A stretch of 64,000 nt of DNA from Lytechinus pictus. Lineage: Eukaryota. Made by a program: the position numbers and the translations under genes. The DNA lies in assembly GCF_037042905.1 (NCBI RefSeq), contig NC_087252.1:1614001-1678000 (forward strand), in the 5' to 3' direction. Shown piece by piece: positions 1 through 18,110 of this stretch (position 1 is the stretch's first letter; each line of letters starts with the position of its first letter). A model generated the notes under the pieces. The model had not been told where the DNA came from. It searched no databases and was given only the letters and a program-made list of their open reading frames with translations.

Positions 1-3
1 TCT

Positions 4-380
4 GGGGACACTTTTATTGACAAGTGGATACCAGGCGCAACCAAAGGAAACGCGTAAAAAAGATATATTTTTCAAAATTGGGTACGTATATAAGTACACA
101 ACGTAATAAGGGTGTCAAAACTAAAGCCGACGTCAGTAATCGCGTCCGTAACATTACAATTAGAATATCGCTGTAATTGTTTCGGGGTCAATCAGGGAAT
201 AATTGTCAAGGGAACAGTATTTTTTTTCTCCAAATCTTGTTAAGGATTGGGTTTCACACGCCAATACTTGTTAAGGGGTGCATTTTCAGAATATTGAAAA
301 TACGTGTTTACGTTGAGGGTGCTTTTCGAGACCCCATGGTCGCGCATGGTATTCACTCGTCAATGGAAGTGCCCCGCGGG
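4..380. mobile_element. Non-autonomous TIR element (GGGCACTTCCATTGAC-type ends); partial copies at ~560-715 and ~7219-7283
   Basis: Degenerate terminal inverted repeats; internal segment ~160-375 recurs at ~565-715; the right end recurs at 7219-7283. Confidence 0.6.
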
Positions 381-809
381 ATTTACGGTTAAATTTGCGT
401 GGGTATAAATAAGACTAAAATGCTTTATAAAGGATGTACTCTTTGCCCCGACACTACGCGTTAAGGGGCCTACTTGAGCGAGGTGTGGGAGGTGGGGCGG
501 TTATAAACCCAATATAAGTAAAGGTAAAAATGACGTTCGTGATCACGTCTGTGACATACATCAGTTAGAATATCGCTGTACTTGTTTAGGGGGTCAATCA
601 GGGAATACTTGTCAAGGGAACAGTATCTTTTTCCAAATCTTTTTAAGGATAGGGTTTCACACGCCAATACTTGTTAAGGGGTGCATTTTCAGAATATGGA
701 AAATACTTGTTTAGGGTGCTTTCCGAAATCACATGGACGCGCCTGGTATCCATCCGTCAATGGAAGTGCCCCCCAAGCGTCAACACTTAGCAGTACCCAG
801 TTAGTGGCC

Positions 810-958
810 CTGGGGCCCTTTGCAGAAAGAGTTGCGATCAAACACTCAAAAAAATCTTGCGCAACTTGATTTTCAGCCAAAGAGGAACCCGTATTCGGGA
901 CTTGCGCTTGATATTTTGACTTGGGTTTAAACGTAACTCTTTCTGCAACAGGCCCCAG
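810..958. mobile_element. Small palindromic MITE (CTGGGGCC..TTGCAGAAAGAG ends)
   Basis: ~30-bp inverted termini. Confidence 0.6.
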
Positions 959-2693
959 AACCATTAATAAAGATTGCATATTTTTCATGTATTTTGAAAT
1001 TATGTCTACCTCATGTAATTACGTTGTGTGTTTATTTCAAATGCAAGGAAAGCTTTATATTCTATAAGTAGGTTCATGATGTTCGTTCGACACAAATCAA
1101 CTGGGGTTATTAATTCTAACGCTCCTTTTTATTGTGTTTATGTTGAAACGATGCATTTTTAGCACCTGGTGTGTGATTATCTCAGATAGTGTTGAATAAT
1201 ACACTTTCCCCGAGTCACTGGTGTTATCCAAACATACCCTATATGGGTACTCTTCGTCATGTTCATCTGACGTCTGAAAGTGTACTATGTTAATTACTGT
1301 ATATTTTGTAGGCCTCTAATTCTCAAGTGTAATCGTTTTGTTGCCCTCCTTTCTTGTAATGATATGTCTATATGTAATGTACAATTAGTAATGTTTTAAT
1401 GATTTGTGTGAATAAACTGAATTCGAACTTGAATCTGTATTCTGATTGCCATTTATATATTTAAACCTGTGTTAACTTAGACATACTTTTATGAAGTGCC
1501 AGTTGTCAACTTATTCACCAATAATTTTTTTTCTAATCATTTTTGCAAAATCTTGTAAAAATAAGTTTAGTCATGAAATGGGAAGAATAAGAAAATCCAA
1601 ATAAAATATGAATTTTAATTAATTGATTGATACATTATAATTGTCACAGAATTGACATGGAAGATATTTTATGATGCCCAACATTCCAAAGAAGTGTGGT
1701 TTAAAATTCTTGTTTAGACGAAGGTTAAACCTAGGTTTATGTTCAGAATTGTGTTGTGTTTTAACCCCGCTGCATGTTAATAGCTGGTGGTGTGTAATTA
1801 TCTCAGAACTTTGAATGGTGTTAATTTGAACACATTAACATTTAATATGCAAGAACGAAAGCCGTTGGGGGAGGGGGTAGAAAGGGGGTACAAGGTGGTG
1901 GAATATCATTTCTTTTTGTTTATAAAAAGGCAAATCAAGCGATTTTTTTTTTCAATTTTTCATATATCGAACAATCATGGAATAATGGTCACCCATTTCC
2001 CAATTAGCCATGGAAACGTTTTTATGACATAGGTCAAATGTCGTAAACACATCTTTAGTCGAAAACAATTAAAGGAACTTTTGAGATTAACTATCAAATA
2101 ATCGTGCCGTCTAGCAAACTTGTGTCGGAGGAGAGTGCTTTTTATTGAGAATCTAAATCACCTCAGAGAGTTTTTGCTCTCTGTTGATTTCATTTTCAAG
2201 CTTATATTATCAGAAAATCACGAGTGTCTAGAAAGCTTAATAATTTTGGTACTTGAAGTTGATCTTGAAATGCACTTTGAAAGACTAGAATATTTTCACA
2301 TTTTGACTTCAGCGTGATCAGAATCGAGCTATAGCAGACAGCTAGTTCGCGATACCGCAAAGCTCATATTGTTTTTTTAACAGTGGGACAGTCTAGAATC
2401 TTTATTCCTAAAACTAATTCTCCTGCAGTTGTTTTAAAAGATTCATGGATACATCATCCCTTTCGTCATTAAATGGTCTTTGTGCTCGTGTTGGCACACT
2501 AGCATTGACGTTCTTGACATTCATATGCTCATGACTTCGATCGTTATTGTTTGACCAATTTTACTCAATTTTTCGGCGATCTTATCATTTGCTGTATTTG
2601 CTTGCACACAAACTCACTTCTTCCACGAGTTTCATTCTCATTTAAAGTATTAGGGGGAACAACAAGTTCAGAAGTTTGAGGGTTTGAATCCAT

Positions 2694-2760
2694 GGGTCGT
2701 GTGGTTAGAGCATTGGACTCATAACCGTTGAGGTTGTGAGTTCGAATCCCAGCTCTGCCA
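2694..2760 (+). mobile_element. tRNA-derived SINE head / tRNA-like remnant
   Basis: A-box-like TGGTTAGAGC, CTCATAA loop, B box GAGTTCGAATCC; no paired acceptor stem. Confidence 0.55.
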
Positions 2761-4029
2761 TTGTCTCCACTTTGAAAAAAGGCCCAAGAGTAATTTGTCG
2801 TCTAAATGGTCAGCCACTATGACTGATTGACACGTAAAATGTTTCATAGGAATTTAGGTATTTACCAGCTTAGAATTATACCAGCAAATAGCTGTTCTGC
2901 CGATTGTTTTGAGCACATACATGCTCTATTCTACATTTACAATTATTGTTTGCTTTATAGTCTACCGTGTATCTCACTTCTTTGAGGAATTAGGGAGTTT
3001 TCAACGCGCGCGACGTAGTACGAAGGAGTCAAGAACCAATAAATGTATTGAAAATATCCATCAACTGACAAAGAACAGCTGGAAGGACTTTGTCGAAATT
3101 GATGAACCGGAACAGCAGTTTCGTTCTAAGTTTCGGAGTTTACGAATAATTGCGAATATGCGGTTTGTCCAGAGTCTAAATGACTAAACTGCTTTGATTC
3201 GCCAATTTTCGACAGACTTTTTGGTGGTTCTTTGTCATTAAAAACATTCGACAATACATTTTCTATGTTTGTGAATCCTCCGTACGTTACTATGCGAAAA
3301 CTCCCTTGTAGCTCCTTGAATGAATAACATATATGTATATCAAAGGCAGCTGCGAGAGCGCGTTCAGATGACTTTTCTTTAGCGGGATATCCATACTTAT
3401 TATCATAATTAGAAAACAGTCACAGAACTGAGCTTACGCAATGTGGACTTCATTTATCATTACCATACTTTTATTCTCGGTGGCTGAGAGGCAATGTAAG
3501 TACTGAAAATTGTAATTTTGTCACTTATTTTCTGTTTGTTTCTTATCCTCAAAGTTACGCTATTTCATCCCTATGAAAGATTATATCTTTTTATTGTAAA
3601 GTGCGAGAAAAAAAAGGAACCATGCAATATATTTGCTTTATCGAGGGGGGGGGGGGCCTAGCGTACAATGTGTCAGCATACACATGATGCAGCGTGTGCC
3701 TCAGAGAAGACTCCTAACTTGACACTAAAAGTTCAATTTCAATGTTTAACATTTTCCTGCAAGAACAAAACAAATAGAAAGAACGCCATTAAAGCAAACA
3801 TTTTTTTTCTATCGTCACTCGATCTACATGCATGGCTGCTTCGATCCGTAAAGGCTTGTCTTACAACCACTTTTCAAAAGTATACCCTGATTAGAATAAT
3901 AAGTATGATAATGATAATTATCCTTATTACTATTTTCATAATCGTCATCATCATTATCACTATACTAATGTTATTATTGGTAGCAGAGTAATAATATTAA
4001 TACCATTATTATTTATCATTATCACTATT

Positions 4030-4131
4030 GTTGTCATCATCATCATCATCACCATCATCATCATCACCATCATCATCATCAACATCATCATCACCATCAT
4101 CATCACCATCATCGTCATCATCACCATCATC

Positions 4132-4162
<31 letters not shown>

Positions 4163-4168
4163 TCATCA
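4030..4168. repeat. (CAT)n microsatellite
   Basis: Direct inspection. Confidence 0.95.
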
Positions 4169-4716
4169 TTTATAAAAGTTCTATTATCTTCTCCCAAGCA
4201 AGGTGGTGTCGAAGCGCTGAAAACGGTCTGTCCTGGATTTGTCTTAACCCATGTTCAAAACGACAGCTCTATTTCATTCAAACTATGGCTTATGAGACGC
4301 ATGTTTGGGTGCGACCTCCCAACGGCAACTGTATGTCTTCTTGGTATGTAATACTCATCGATATGAAAAAAATGAATAGAGTTCGTCCTTATCTGCCGCA
4401 CACACTACGTTGAAGCTACAGGAAAAGTACCCAATGACACGATTAACAGTATATTGGGGCTATACCAATACGTAATAAACAACACACACATCCTCACGCA
4501 TAACCCACACACATCCACCAACTCGCACATCCCATCCGAGACCTGTATATGGTGTTTGTTTTTGGTGTACTCGTATAATGATCTGTTATACGGCCTAATG
4601 TTGTTTATATTTATATTCTGATACTTGTTATTGGTAAAGATGAAAAATATGGATTTGGAAAATGTACGCTTAAACAATATTTTTTGTTATTTTTAGTATT
4701 TAATTGAGAATTGATT

Positions 4717-5003
4717 AATAATAATAATGATAATAATAATATACAGTTATATAGCGCCATCTATCTAAAAATATTCTATTCCGTGGAGCGATGTTATTAA
4801 TATTATTACCCCGGCTTTAGCTCGAGCTGCCTTTCAGCGCTCATGCATTCAAGGAATTAATCCTGCCGGGTACCCATTCACCTCACCTGGGTTGAGTGCA
4901 GCACAATGTGGCTAAATTTCTTGCTGAAGGAAATTACGCCATGGCTGGGATTCGAACCCACGACCCTCTGTTTCAAAGTCAGAAGATTAACCCACAACGC
5001 TCC
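4717..5003 (-). mobile_element. tRNA-derived SINE (same family as 48431-48735)
   Basis: Reverse-complement similarity to 48431-48735; B box; CORE-like central part; (ATT)n tail. Confidence 0.85.
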
Positions 5004-5744
5004 ATTAAGCTTCAATAAGCATGTTTGTATAAAGTGTATAAGTTCTATAAGGTTCATATACTACACACAGCTTAGTTTAGTTTACTCCAACGATGTTGTA
5101 TAAAAATTTAAACAGCGTTTAGAGGATCAAACTAAAGTAAATCTAAAACCTTTTCCCATCCTTCTTTCCTTTTTATTGCAGAGATGTGCAACTTCATGTT
5201 TTCGTAAAGCAAGTGTCAAACGATCGCATCTTTTGTCCAAATCTGATTTGAGATCGGAACCAAGCGGTTGGTTATGATGTGATTCTTCAAAGAAAATTTC
5301 GAGAAACTCGCTAAACCCATACCTTTGTCAGAAAACTGGCGTCATCATGGCAGTACGCATATTTTTTTTTTCGCTGGGGGCAGGATGCGTAATTTTTACT
5401 TGAAAGCAAGGGACTGAAGCAACCGACCGAGCTTGCCATCGGGGCGCTTTTTTATTTTGTAAAGTGAAATTGAAGGATTTTGTACATACTTTTGGAAATT
5501 TTGTGAAAATGTTCAGTATAAAATGTGAGTTTTCAAAATTTCTGGGGACATCTGCCCCTCCCGCCAAATACGGCCCTGGGCGTCATGCCATAAAGCCCAT
5601 GGCTTCATACGCAACGACCGTAACTGGTCCAAACTGTGGTTTCGTTATTGCAAAATGCAAGTGAATTTCCTGTAACCTTAATAAAAAACTTAGATTGAAA
5701 AATATTAAATCTGGATTATCACCTACAAGAATTTCAATATACTA

Positions 5745-5988
5745 CACTGCAAAAACTCTGGTGTTGATTCAACACCAGCCCGGAATCTATATATGTCCAC
5801 ACCAGAGAAGTGTTAAACAACACCAGTTTCGTTTTGGTCTAACACCAGAAAGTTGTTTATACAAGGCACCAATTAGTATTAAAACAGCATCGGTTTGATT
5901 CCAAACTGGTGTTGTTTCAACACTTCTCTGATGTGGACATATAAAGATTCCGGGCTGGTGTTAAATCAACACCGGAGTTTTTGCAGTG
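5745..5988. mobile_element. Palindromic MITE with CACTG...CAGTG ends, 2-bp TSD TA (CMC/EnSpm-like)
   Basis: Long TIRs; second copy at 22140-22381. Confidence 0.88.
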
Positions 5989-6149
5989 TATCAGTCGTGG
6001 GTAAAGACATTGATTACTAACAGGCAGTTTTAACGACAATCTTCATTATGAAATTGTTTATGTATGTAACTTTTCGTTAATTTGGTATTTCTAGTTTTCA
6101 ATTCATTTATGTCCTTTATATCATGCAAGCACTAACCACAAAAAAATCA

Positions 6150-7200
6150 CGAAAGCTTTACGAATTTGCACGAACAGCCATCACCTTACCCATTCTGCTC
6201 CTCTCTTCGTAAAACTTAAAACTTTGAATATATCTGATTTATATCTGTATCACACAGCAGTGCTAGGCAGGGGCGGATCCAGGATTTTCCAAGGGGGGGG
6301 GGGCAAATATTTCGGATTAAAATTTTGACACGCCAAAATAAAGGTTTTCTTCCACAAATTAAGGAAATAATTTGACAAGCAAAAAAAAAAAAAGGCCTTC
6401 AATTTCAAAAGAGGAGGCACACCTCTGTTTTAATGGCATTTTTACATTACAAATTCTAATTTTGCTTATCGAAGGGGGGGGGGCAAGTGCCCCCTGTGCC
6501 CCCCTGGATCCGCGCCTGGTGCTAGGGTACGTGTATTTTCATAATCTCCTTCCGTACAACTCTTGAGCTTTATTCTCTACAAATCTTCTAATCTCAATAT
6601 TCACAAATACGATTCGAGAAATCAATCTAATTTTCATCGTATTGGAAAATTTTATTTACGTATGAAGAAAAATCTCCACGATGTAGTCTACCAATAATTT
6701 GTAATTAATTACCAAATAGTTTTATTCTTTTTAAATAACATTAATCAAAATCATTTAAGAAGCATGTAAATACATTCTTTTTGTCACAATACTGACTCGC
6801 ATGTATTTCACATTTATAGTAGTATTACCAGATCTCTCCCCCTTCCATTTTCAATGTTCCTCTGACTTATATTTCTTTATAGCTTGTTATGATTTCTTTA
6901 TTTTTTCTATGTTTTCTAAGTTTTTCACTACTGGTAATTACCTATAATATAATACTTTGTACTGCGTATAAGGGAACTTATTTTACAGGGCTACATGGCC
7001 TTATTCTAGTTTCCTTTTTTTTTTTTCAACTGCTAAATTTTTCTATGTTTTACCCTAAAAAGAGGCATTGCAATGACACTGTAATTTCTTAAGATGTATT
7101 TTATTTGTATCAATTTGTATATAATTGCATTCATTATATTGTAATGGCCTGTTATTATGTAAATATAAAATAAATGATCAAACAAACAAACAAACAAACG
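6150..7200 (+). mobile_element. 5'-truncated LINE (CR1/L2-group) 3' remnant, interrupted by a MITE
   Basis: Translates KALRICTNSHHLTHSAPLFVKLKTLNISDLY..AVL|GYVYFHNLLP across the insertion, typical of the LINE ORF2 C-terminus; AATAAA + (CAAA)n tail at ~7170-7200. Confidence 0.7.
6268..6518. mobile_element. hAT-like MITE (CAGG(G/C)GCGGATCCAGG ends), 8-bp TSD GTGCTAGG
   Basis: TIRs; TSD at 6260-6267 and 6519-6526. Confidence 0.88.
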
Positions 7201-7498
7201 ATTTGGAATTAAAAAAAATACTTGTTTAGTGTGCTTTTCGAATGAAACCCCATGGTCGCGCATGGTATCCATTCGTCAATGGAAGTGCCCCCCCCCCCCC
7301 CGGATGTGGATGCAAACCATGAACTCTGAGAAAGGACTGATAGAGATTTGAAGCATTCGAGATGTTGATATGGCGACGCATGCTTAAAATTAAGTGGCCA
7401 GAGAGACCGTCAAAATGAGGATAGGTGCTAGTTATAGCAGGAGGAGCGCAATGTACGTCACCTGATCACAATTAAGATTTGTATGATTGAAAGATTAA

Positions 7499-8099
7499 AG
7501 GTCAAGTCCACCGAAGAAAAATGTTGATTTCAATAAATAGAGAAAATCCAACCAGCATAATGCTGAAAATTTCCATCAAAAACGGATGTAAAATAAGAAA
7601 GTTATGACAATTTAAATTTTCGCTTATTTTTCACAAAACAGTGATATGCACAACTAAGTGACAAGTCATGGAAATGAGACAATCGATGATGTCACTCATC
7701 ACTCACTTTTTGTTTTTTATTGTTTGAATTCTACAATATTTCATTTTTTACAGATTTGACAATAATGACCAACTTGACTGAACCATATAGTATTAAACAA
7801 TGCTAATTCCACATGTTCAGGGAGGAATTAATCGTTGTATCACTTGACACTGAGGAGAAAATTAGAATATTTCATATAATAAAATACAAAAGAAATAGTG
7901 AGTGGATGACGTCATCAGTCTCCTCATTTGCATACTGACCAGGATGTGCATATAAATGTTTTTGTGAAATTAAGCGAGACTTTAAAATGTCATAACTTTC
8001 TTTTTTTTACATCCGATTTTGATGAAATTTTCAGTGTTATGCTTGTTGGATTTTTCTCTTTTTATTCAAATATCTTTTTTGTTGGGATGGACTTGTCCT
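7499..8099. mobile_element. TTAA-target MITE family A (AGGTCAAGTCCACC...GGACTTGTCCT; T2/Kolobok-like)
   Basis: TTAA|AGG...CCT|TTAA; copies at 34698, 37138, 42136. Confidence 0.88.
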
Positions 8100-8149
8100 T
8101 TAAAGACAGACAAATAAAATGGATTGGTCACATGCTAATTAAGATATGA

Positions 8150-8527
8150 CAACATGACGTGTGACAATCACAGTCGTAGTCGACTATTAACGACGTCATA
8201 ATCATGTCAATATACGACGTCAATCTGACGTCTAATACTGGTCATGCATACGTCATAAAGACGTCGTAGTCGACTATTAATGACGTGATAATCACGTTAT
8301 TCTTACGTCTAATACTGGTCAGGAATACGGCGTAAAGACGTCATTAAGACGTCGTAGTCGACTTTTTAAGACGTCATAATCACGTCATTTTACGACGTCA
8401 ATATGACGACGTACATCGGTGCAAATACTCGTCTTTAAGACTTCTTTTTACGACGTCAATATGACGTGATACACATCGTAAAATGACGCCAATAAGACGT
8501 CTTTTACCCAGTTTTTGCTATCAGGGA
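8150..8527. repeat. GACGTC-rich subterminal repeat array, probably one end of a DNA transposon
   Basis: Many GACGTC/GTCGTAGTCGAC units ending in TTTTGCTATCAGGG. Confidence 0.6.
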
Positions 8528-9052
8528 GTAAGGGTAGGAAGCGTGGACGTCCAAAGAACATGGCCCTGGGAAGCGGGGGTGCTGAAGAACCCCCTAGATT
8601 TTCCTTGGGGGTGCTGCGTGTATTATTCTCCATAGGCAGCACCCCATGCAGGTATTCTGGAAGATGTGAAAAAATGGGAAAATGTAACGAAAATACCGTC
8701 ATTTTGTACTGAACCCCCCCCCTCCCCTTTTTTTGGCTTTTCGAATTTCTTTGGAGCCACATGATCCCGATGTTGTAGCGATAACCTTTTTTTTTTTTGC
8801 TTTTCAAATTTACATCAGAGCATCTGCAGTTAAAAATTGTTCCCAGTGCCCTGCCAAAGAACAAAGAGGTTGGACATGCATGGTCATAAAAAAGGCCGGG
8901 AAATTAAAACATAAGCTCAAGACAGGAAAGAATGGAAATGACTTTTTCTATCATGGACATGTCTCACTGATATAACACAAATATTGTCATTATGCTCTTT
9001 GCAAATGAAAATGAATTCTCCTTATAAGTTTGCAAAAGTCGAGGGGGAGTAA

Positions 9053-13590
<4,538 letters not shown>

Positions 13591-14427
13591 TCCAATTTCC
13601 CATAACCATGATAATAACTTTGTTTTTCTTACGACGAATGGATGGGATTCATGGCAGAAAAGTTGGCACGAATTCGGTCTCACTTATTTGCATACAAAGA
13701 AAAATGATTCCAAAGATCACCAAATGTAGCATTATAAAAATGAGTGAATCATAAAAGTCAGCTTTGTCAAGCGACATCGAATAACAAGCTCCCCTTGTAA
13801 GAAGTGATGAAGGACTAATTTGAAACAAAATTGAACAGAAAAGAAGACAATAGGGAGACAAAGAAACACTACTTTAAAAGGGGGGAGAAAAGGGGCGTAT
13901 CATATCATTGTTTTAAGTAAGGTATGTCCACACTTCACAGTAGTAATAAATTGCAATGAATTTTCGATGTACCATGGAACTGGAGTAGTAGGTCCACGTA
14001 CTACACACGGCCTGAAAAGAGAACATTTTGAGAGTTGCTTGTATGAATTTATGAAGAGGATACCTATGTCAAGCAAACTGAAATTTTGTATTAAGTGACC
14101 CGAAACATTTCAAAAGCTGTTTACATAGGATTTCACGAACAGGACACGTATCTCACTAAATGAAAAATGCAGGCGTGAAGTGCGAATTTAATGTATTAAT
14201 CTTCAGACTTGAAAATTTGATGTTCTATGCACTTTAATAGGGTACTTATCCCACTAAACAAATAATGCAAGCGCGAAGCGCAACCGACTTTTTGTTTTAC
14301 ATTCAGACCTGATAACGTGACGGGGTCATTCCCCCTTTTTGTTTCTTTCCTGATATGATGTCCCAATGCACCCCCAAACTTCTTGGAAAAGGGGGACCAG
14401 TCCTTCTCTCCTCCAACGATAGAGACC

Positions 14428-14458
<31 letters not shown>

Positions 14459-14746
14459 GGAGAAAGGCAGAGGGGAGTGAAAGGAATAGAACTTCTTTTG
14501 GAATAAATGATACAAAACTTATGCAGATTTTCGGAAGTGATAATAATTAATGTTATTTAAAAAAAATGATATTTCTTGTTAAGAAAAGTTTCAGTCAAAT
14601 ACCTAGTGCATCCCGTGGGACTCATCAGCACATTTTTTTTTAAACTCTGATACTGGTCTGGCGTAATCCCATTTGATTCTTCTTCGGTCTATTACTTCAA
14701 TTTTGAGATCTCTGTAGTGTTACAACTGGAATTGATTCCTGTATAT

Positions 14747-15563
14747 GAAGAGCTCACTTGCAAAAGGGGTTAGGTCCATTTTTCATCAAATATGCTTTTT
14801 TGGTCTCAATGTATAGATTTTTAGTAGCTCTATAGGATGATACCAAAGAAAAGTTGAAATTCCTATTTAAAAGTGATCAAAAATGGCAAAGAAAAATCAC
14901 TTATTTTTCAAAAGGGGTTAGGTCCATTTCAGTTTAGTTGCAAAAGGGATTAGGTCCACACCGAATTTTTTTGGAAAAGAATATTTAAAAAAATATAAAT
15001 AATGGTAGATTTCTTTTATACCCAATTTTATGTTGTCATGGTAGGGAATCTTGAAAATTTAGTTTCGCATAAGAATATGCAATATAGGAGAATTAGAAAA
15101 AAACGATTTTCTTGGAGTGGACCTAACCCCTTTTGCAAACAAACTCTTCTGAAGAGCTCATTTGTCAAAAGGGGTTAGGTCCATTGTTCATAAATTTTAT
15201 TGTTTTCTGTCTCAAAACCTCTAAATTTTTAGTCGCTTTGATGAAAACAAAGAAAAATTGAAATTTACATGAAAACATGAAAAAAGTGGCAAATAAAAAT
15301 CACTTTTTTAATCAAAATAGATTGGATTCATTTCAGTTTACTTGCAAAAGGGCTTAGGTCCACAATGATAATTTTAAAAAGAATATATAGAAAAAAATTG
15401 AAGACAGGTAGATTTCTTGTATACCCAATTTTATGTTCACATGATATGGTAGTACATCATGACAATTTAGTTTCTCATAATAATATTGCAGTGAGAATAA
15501 AAAACATGGTTTTTCTCAGAATGGTCCAAAGTGGACCTAAGCCCTTTTGCAACTTAACTCTTC
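14747..15563. mobile_element. Tandem pair of ~405-bp MITEs (GAAGAG...CTCTTC; 14747-15149 and 15151-15563)
   Basis: Each copy has TIRs containing GCAAAAGGGGTTAGGTCCA; outer flanks ATAT. Confidence 0.8.
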
Positions 15564-15831
15564 ATATATATGTTAACAGCTAGGACATCGATGAAAAACA
15601 GCTTTGCTGATCCGATTGTTTCATTTTTTATCACGTTTATCAGCCCAGCGTATATTTATGATAAATGAATAAATTGATTAGATAAGCAAATAAATAAATA
15701 ATATTGGTCTTACTTTCAGTCTCTCATTTTTGTTGAACATAATATAGTCATATCTTTTGTGAAGATGTTCACTTGCCAGCTAGTATTCACGTTTGGAGAA
15801 ACTTTTGATGGAAATGATGCATTGATCAGAG

Positions 15832-16278
15832 GGTTTGTCCAATGCAAATTCGTCTACTATAATTTGGTCTACCATCAGATTCGTCCAATATCCACATGGT
15901 CTAATTGCCTTTTCATCCACTTGCCATTTTGTCTAATAACCAGTTGGTCCAATAACCATTTAGTCCATCAGTTCGTCCAATATCCACATGGTCTAATTGC
16001 CATTTCATCTACTCACCATTTCGTCCAATTAAGTCCATATACCATTTGGTCGAATTAGACTAAGTGTTAATTGGGCAAAATTAATGAAAATACAATGAAC
16101 ATTAGACCAACTGGTTATGAGATGAAATGGTCATAGACGAACTGGTGATTAGACGAAGTCATGATTGGACCAAATGGTTGTTAGACGAAATGTTGATGAA
16201 CGGAATGGCATTAGACTAAATGAAGGTAGACTATGTGATGAGTGGACGAGTTGGCAGTAGAGGAATTGGCAATTTGCC
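15832..16278. mobile_element. Foldback element with ~15-bp internal tandem units, flanked by GATCAGAG direct repeats (MULE-like)
   Basis: TCGTCCAA-type units on the left arm, TTAGACGAA/TTGGAC on the right arm; direct repeat at 15824 and 16279. Confidence 0.7.
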
Positions 16279-17519
16279 GATCAGAGGGCCCTTGGTATGG
16301 CAGAAGGCATTCACTGTACACTTTATAGCTGTGTTGCAAAGTGTTGACGCCCTCTACGTTCCTCGATATCACATATGAGAGGTATACAATGAGGAATTGA
16401 TATTACCCACTTACCATTGTTTTTTTTTTAAATCAACATATAGAAATATATATTTTTTCTAAACTATGATGCGAAAGAAGGTTTGTTTTATTCCCAAACA
16501 TGTGTAATTGCCCAAATGCTTTCTTTAACAGAGGCGGAAAATTGTTGGAAAATTCTAAATTTCATATAATAAAGAAAAACAAGCTAACGCTGGAGTAATA
16601 ATACTGCCAGTGTTACGAACATTTCATATCACAGCATTGTAGAAATGTTGTATATGGGTAATTCCATTAGGTTGGGTCCAAAAATGACAAGATGTCCATG
16701 TAGCATAGGTATATATTTTTTCACAGTGAAGTTCAATTCAGATGTGGCTAAGTTTTGATGTGTCTATGTGCGGAAGGTCCCCAACCATAGAAATTCATCT
16801 TTTCTTGATTTTTTTGTTTGCAGTTAAAATCAACTATTTTACCAACGTTACATGGACATCACATTAACATATCACTGGCAATAGACTCTCAGATCTGAAA
16901 TTGCATAACAGATTAGAAAACCTTAGTAGAAACCCATTTTTTGCTGAAGTGATCATTGGAAGCCTACTAAAAGAATGAGACATGGTTTTTATTTTTGGTA
17001 TGTCACAAAAAAAGGACAAAACCTGATGGGATATCTTTCAAAGAATAATGAAAAAATAATAATGAAAAATAATTGAGCCAAAAATATTACGATGTTTTTG
17101 AATAGGTATCAAACCTTTAATTACATTTATCCAATTATAAAACACCATTATTTGTGTTTACCTTCTTGGTATATAAAAAAGAAGGGAACAATAATCTGTC
17201 TTAAAAATGAAGGAGAAAAAAAAATGGTTTCACAAAATGCTCAGTAATAAGTTTGAGAATACCCCTAGTCTTCGCATGCAGACCCTAACAGTCTCCAAGT
17301 AGGGTCTTGATAAAAAGTAGTAGACTTTTGTTACAAATATAACTAACAATATGATACCAACAGTTGCAGAAACATACTGAGCAAAAAATTGGTGCCAAAA
17401 ATGAAAAAGGTCAATGTTAAAACATATACCTTTTAAAGTACATAATGTATTCAAAACTTCCAATATTGCCTTTCTGACATTTTTTACTAAGATTATTTAC
17501 AAGTATAGTTTATAATTAA

Positions 17520-18110
17520 AGGAGAATGAAACCCTTGAAACCAGCTGAATCCATATCAAAGAGAAAAATCAAAGAAACATATTGTTGAAAGTTTGAGGAA
17601 GATTGAATGAATAATAAGAAAGTTATGAGCATTTGAATATTGAGATCACTAATGCCATGTAGATCCTCCATTGGCAATGCGACCAAGATCTGTGATGTCA
17701 CACACGTACAACTCCCTCATTACCATGATTACTTTAGTACTTATTTCACTTATATTCTCACTTTTATAGAGTCTATCACAAGGTGAGGTGTTCTCTTTAT
17801 GAGAGGACAAGTACAGAGGTTTCACAACATTATATCATTGATGAATTGTTTGTCATATGATTAGAATGAGCAAAAAGAGATGTTTTGGGGTATATTTTCA
17901 GTGTCCAAAAGGGAGAGTTGTTCATCTGTGACATCATAGATCTTGGTCGCATTGCCAATGGGAGGATCTACATAGCATTAGTGATCTCGACATTCAAATG
18001 CTCATAACTCTTCTATTGCTAGTCCTATTTTACTCAAACTTTTGTTGGTCTTATTGTTTGATTTTTCTGCTTTCACAAAAGCTAACTTGCTCCAAGAGTT
18101 TCATTCTCCT
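17520..18110. mobile_element. TTAA-target MITE family B copy
   Basis: Near-identical to 11186-11767, TTAA TSD. Confidence 0.92.

Noticed and set aside
2694..2760. Apparent tRNA-Met gene
   Set aside because: Cloverleaf stems do not pair; treated as a SINE head or remnant
3960..4351. Poly-M, poly-D and poly-S ORFs
   Set aside because: Translations of a (CAT)n microsatellite; the same applies to 21633-21851 and the poly-M/poly-I parts of 25338-25634
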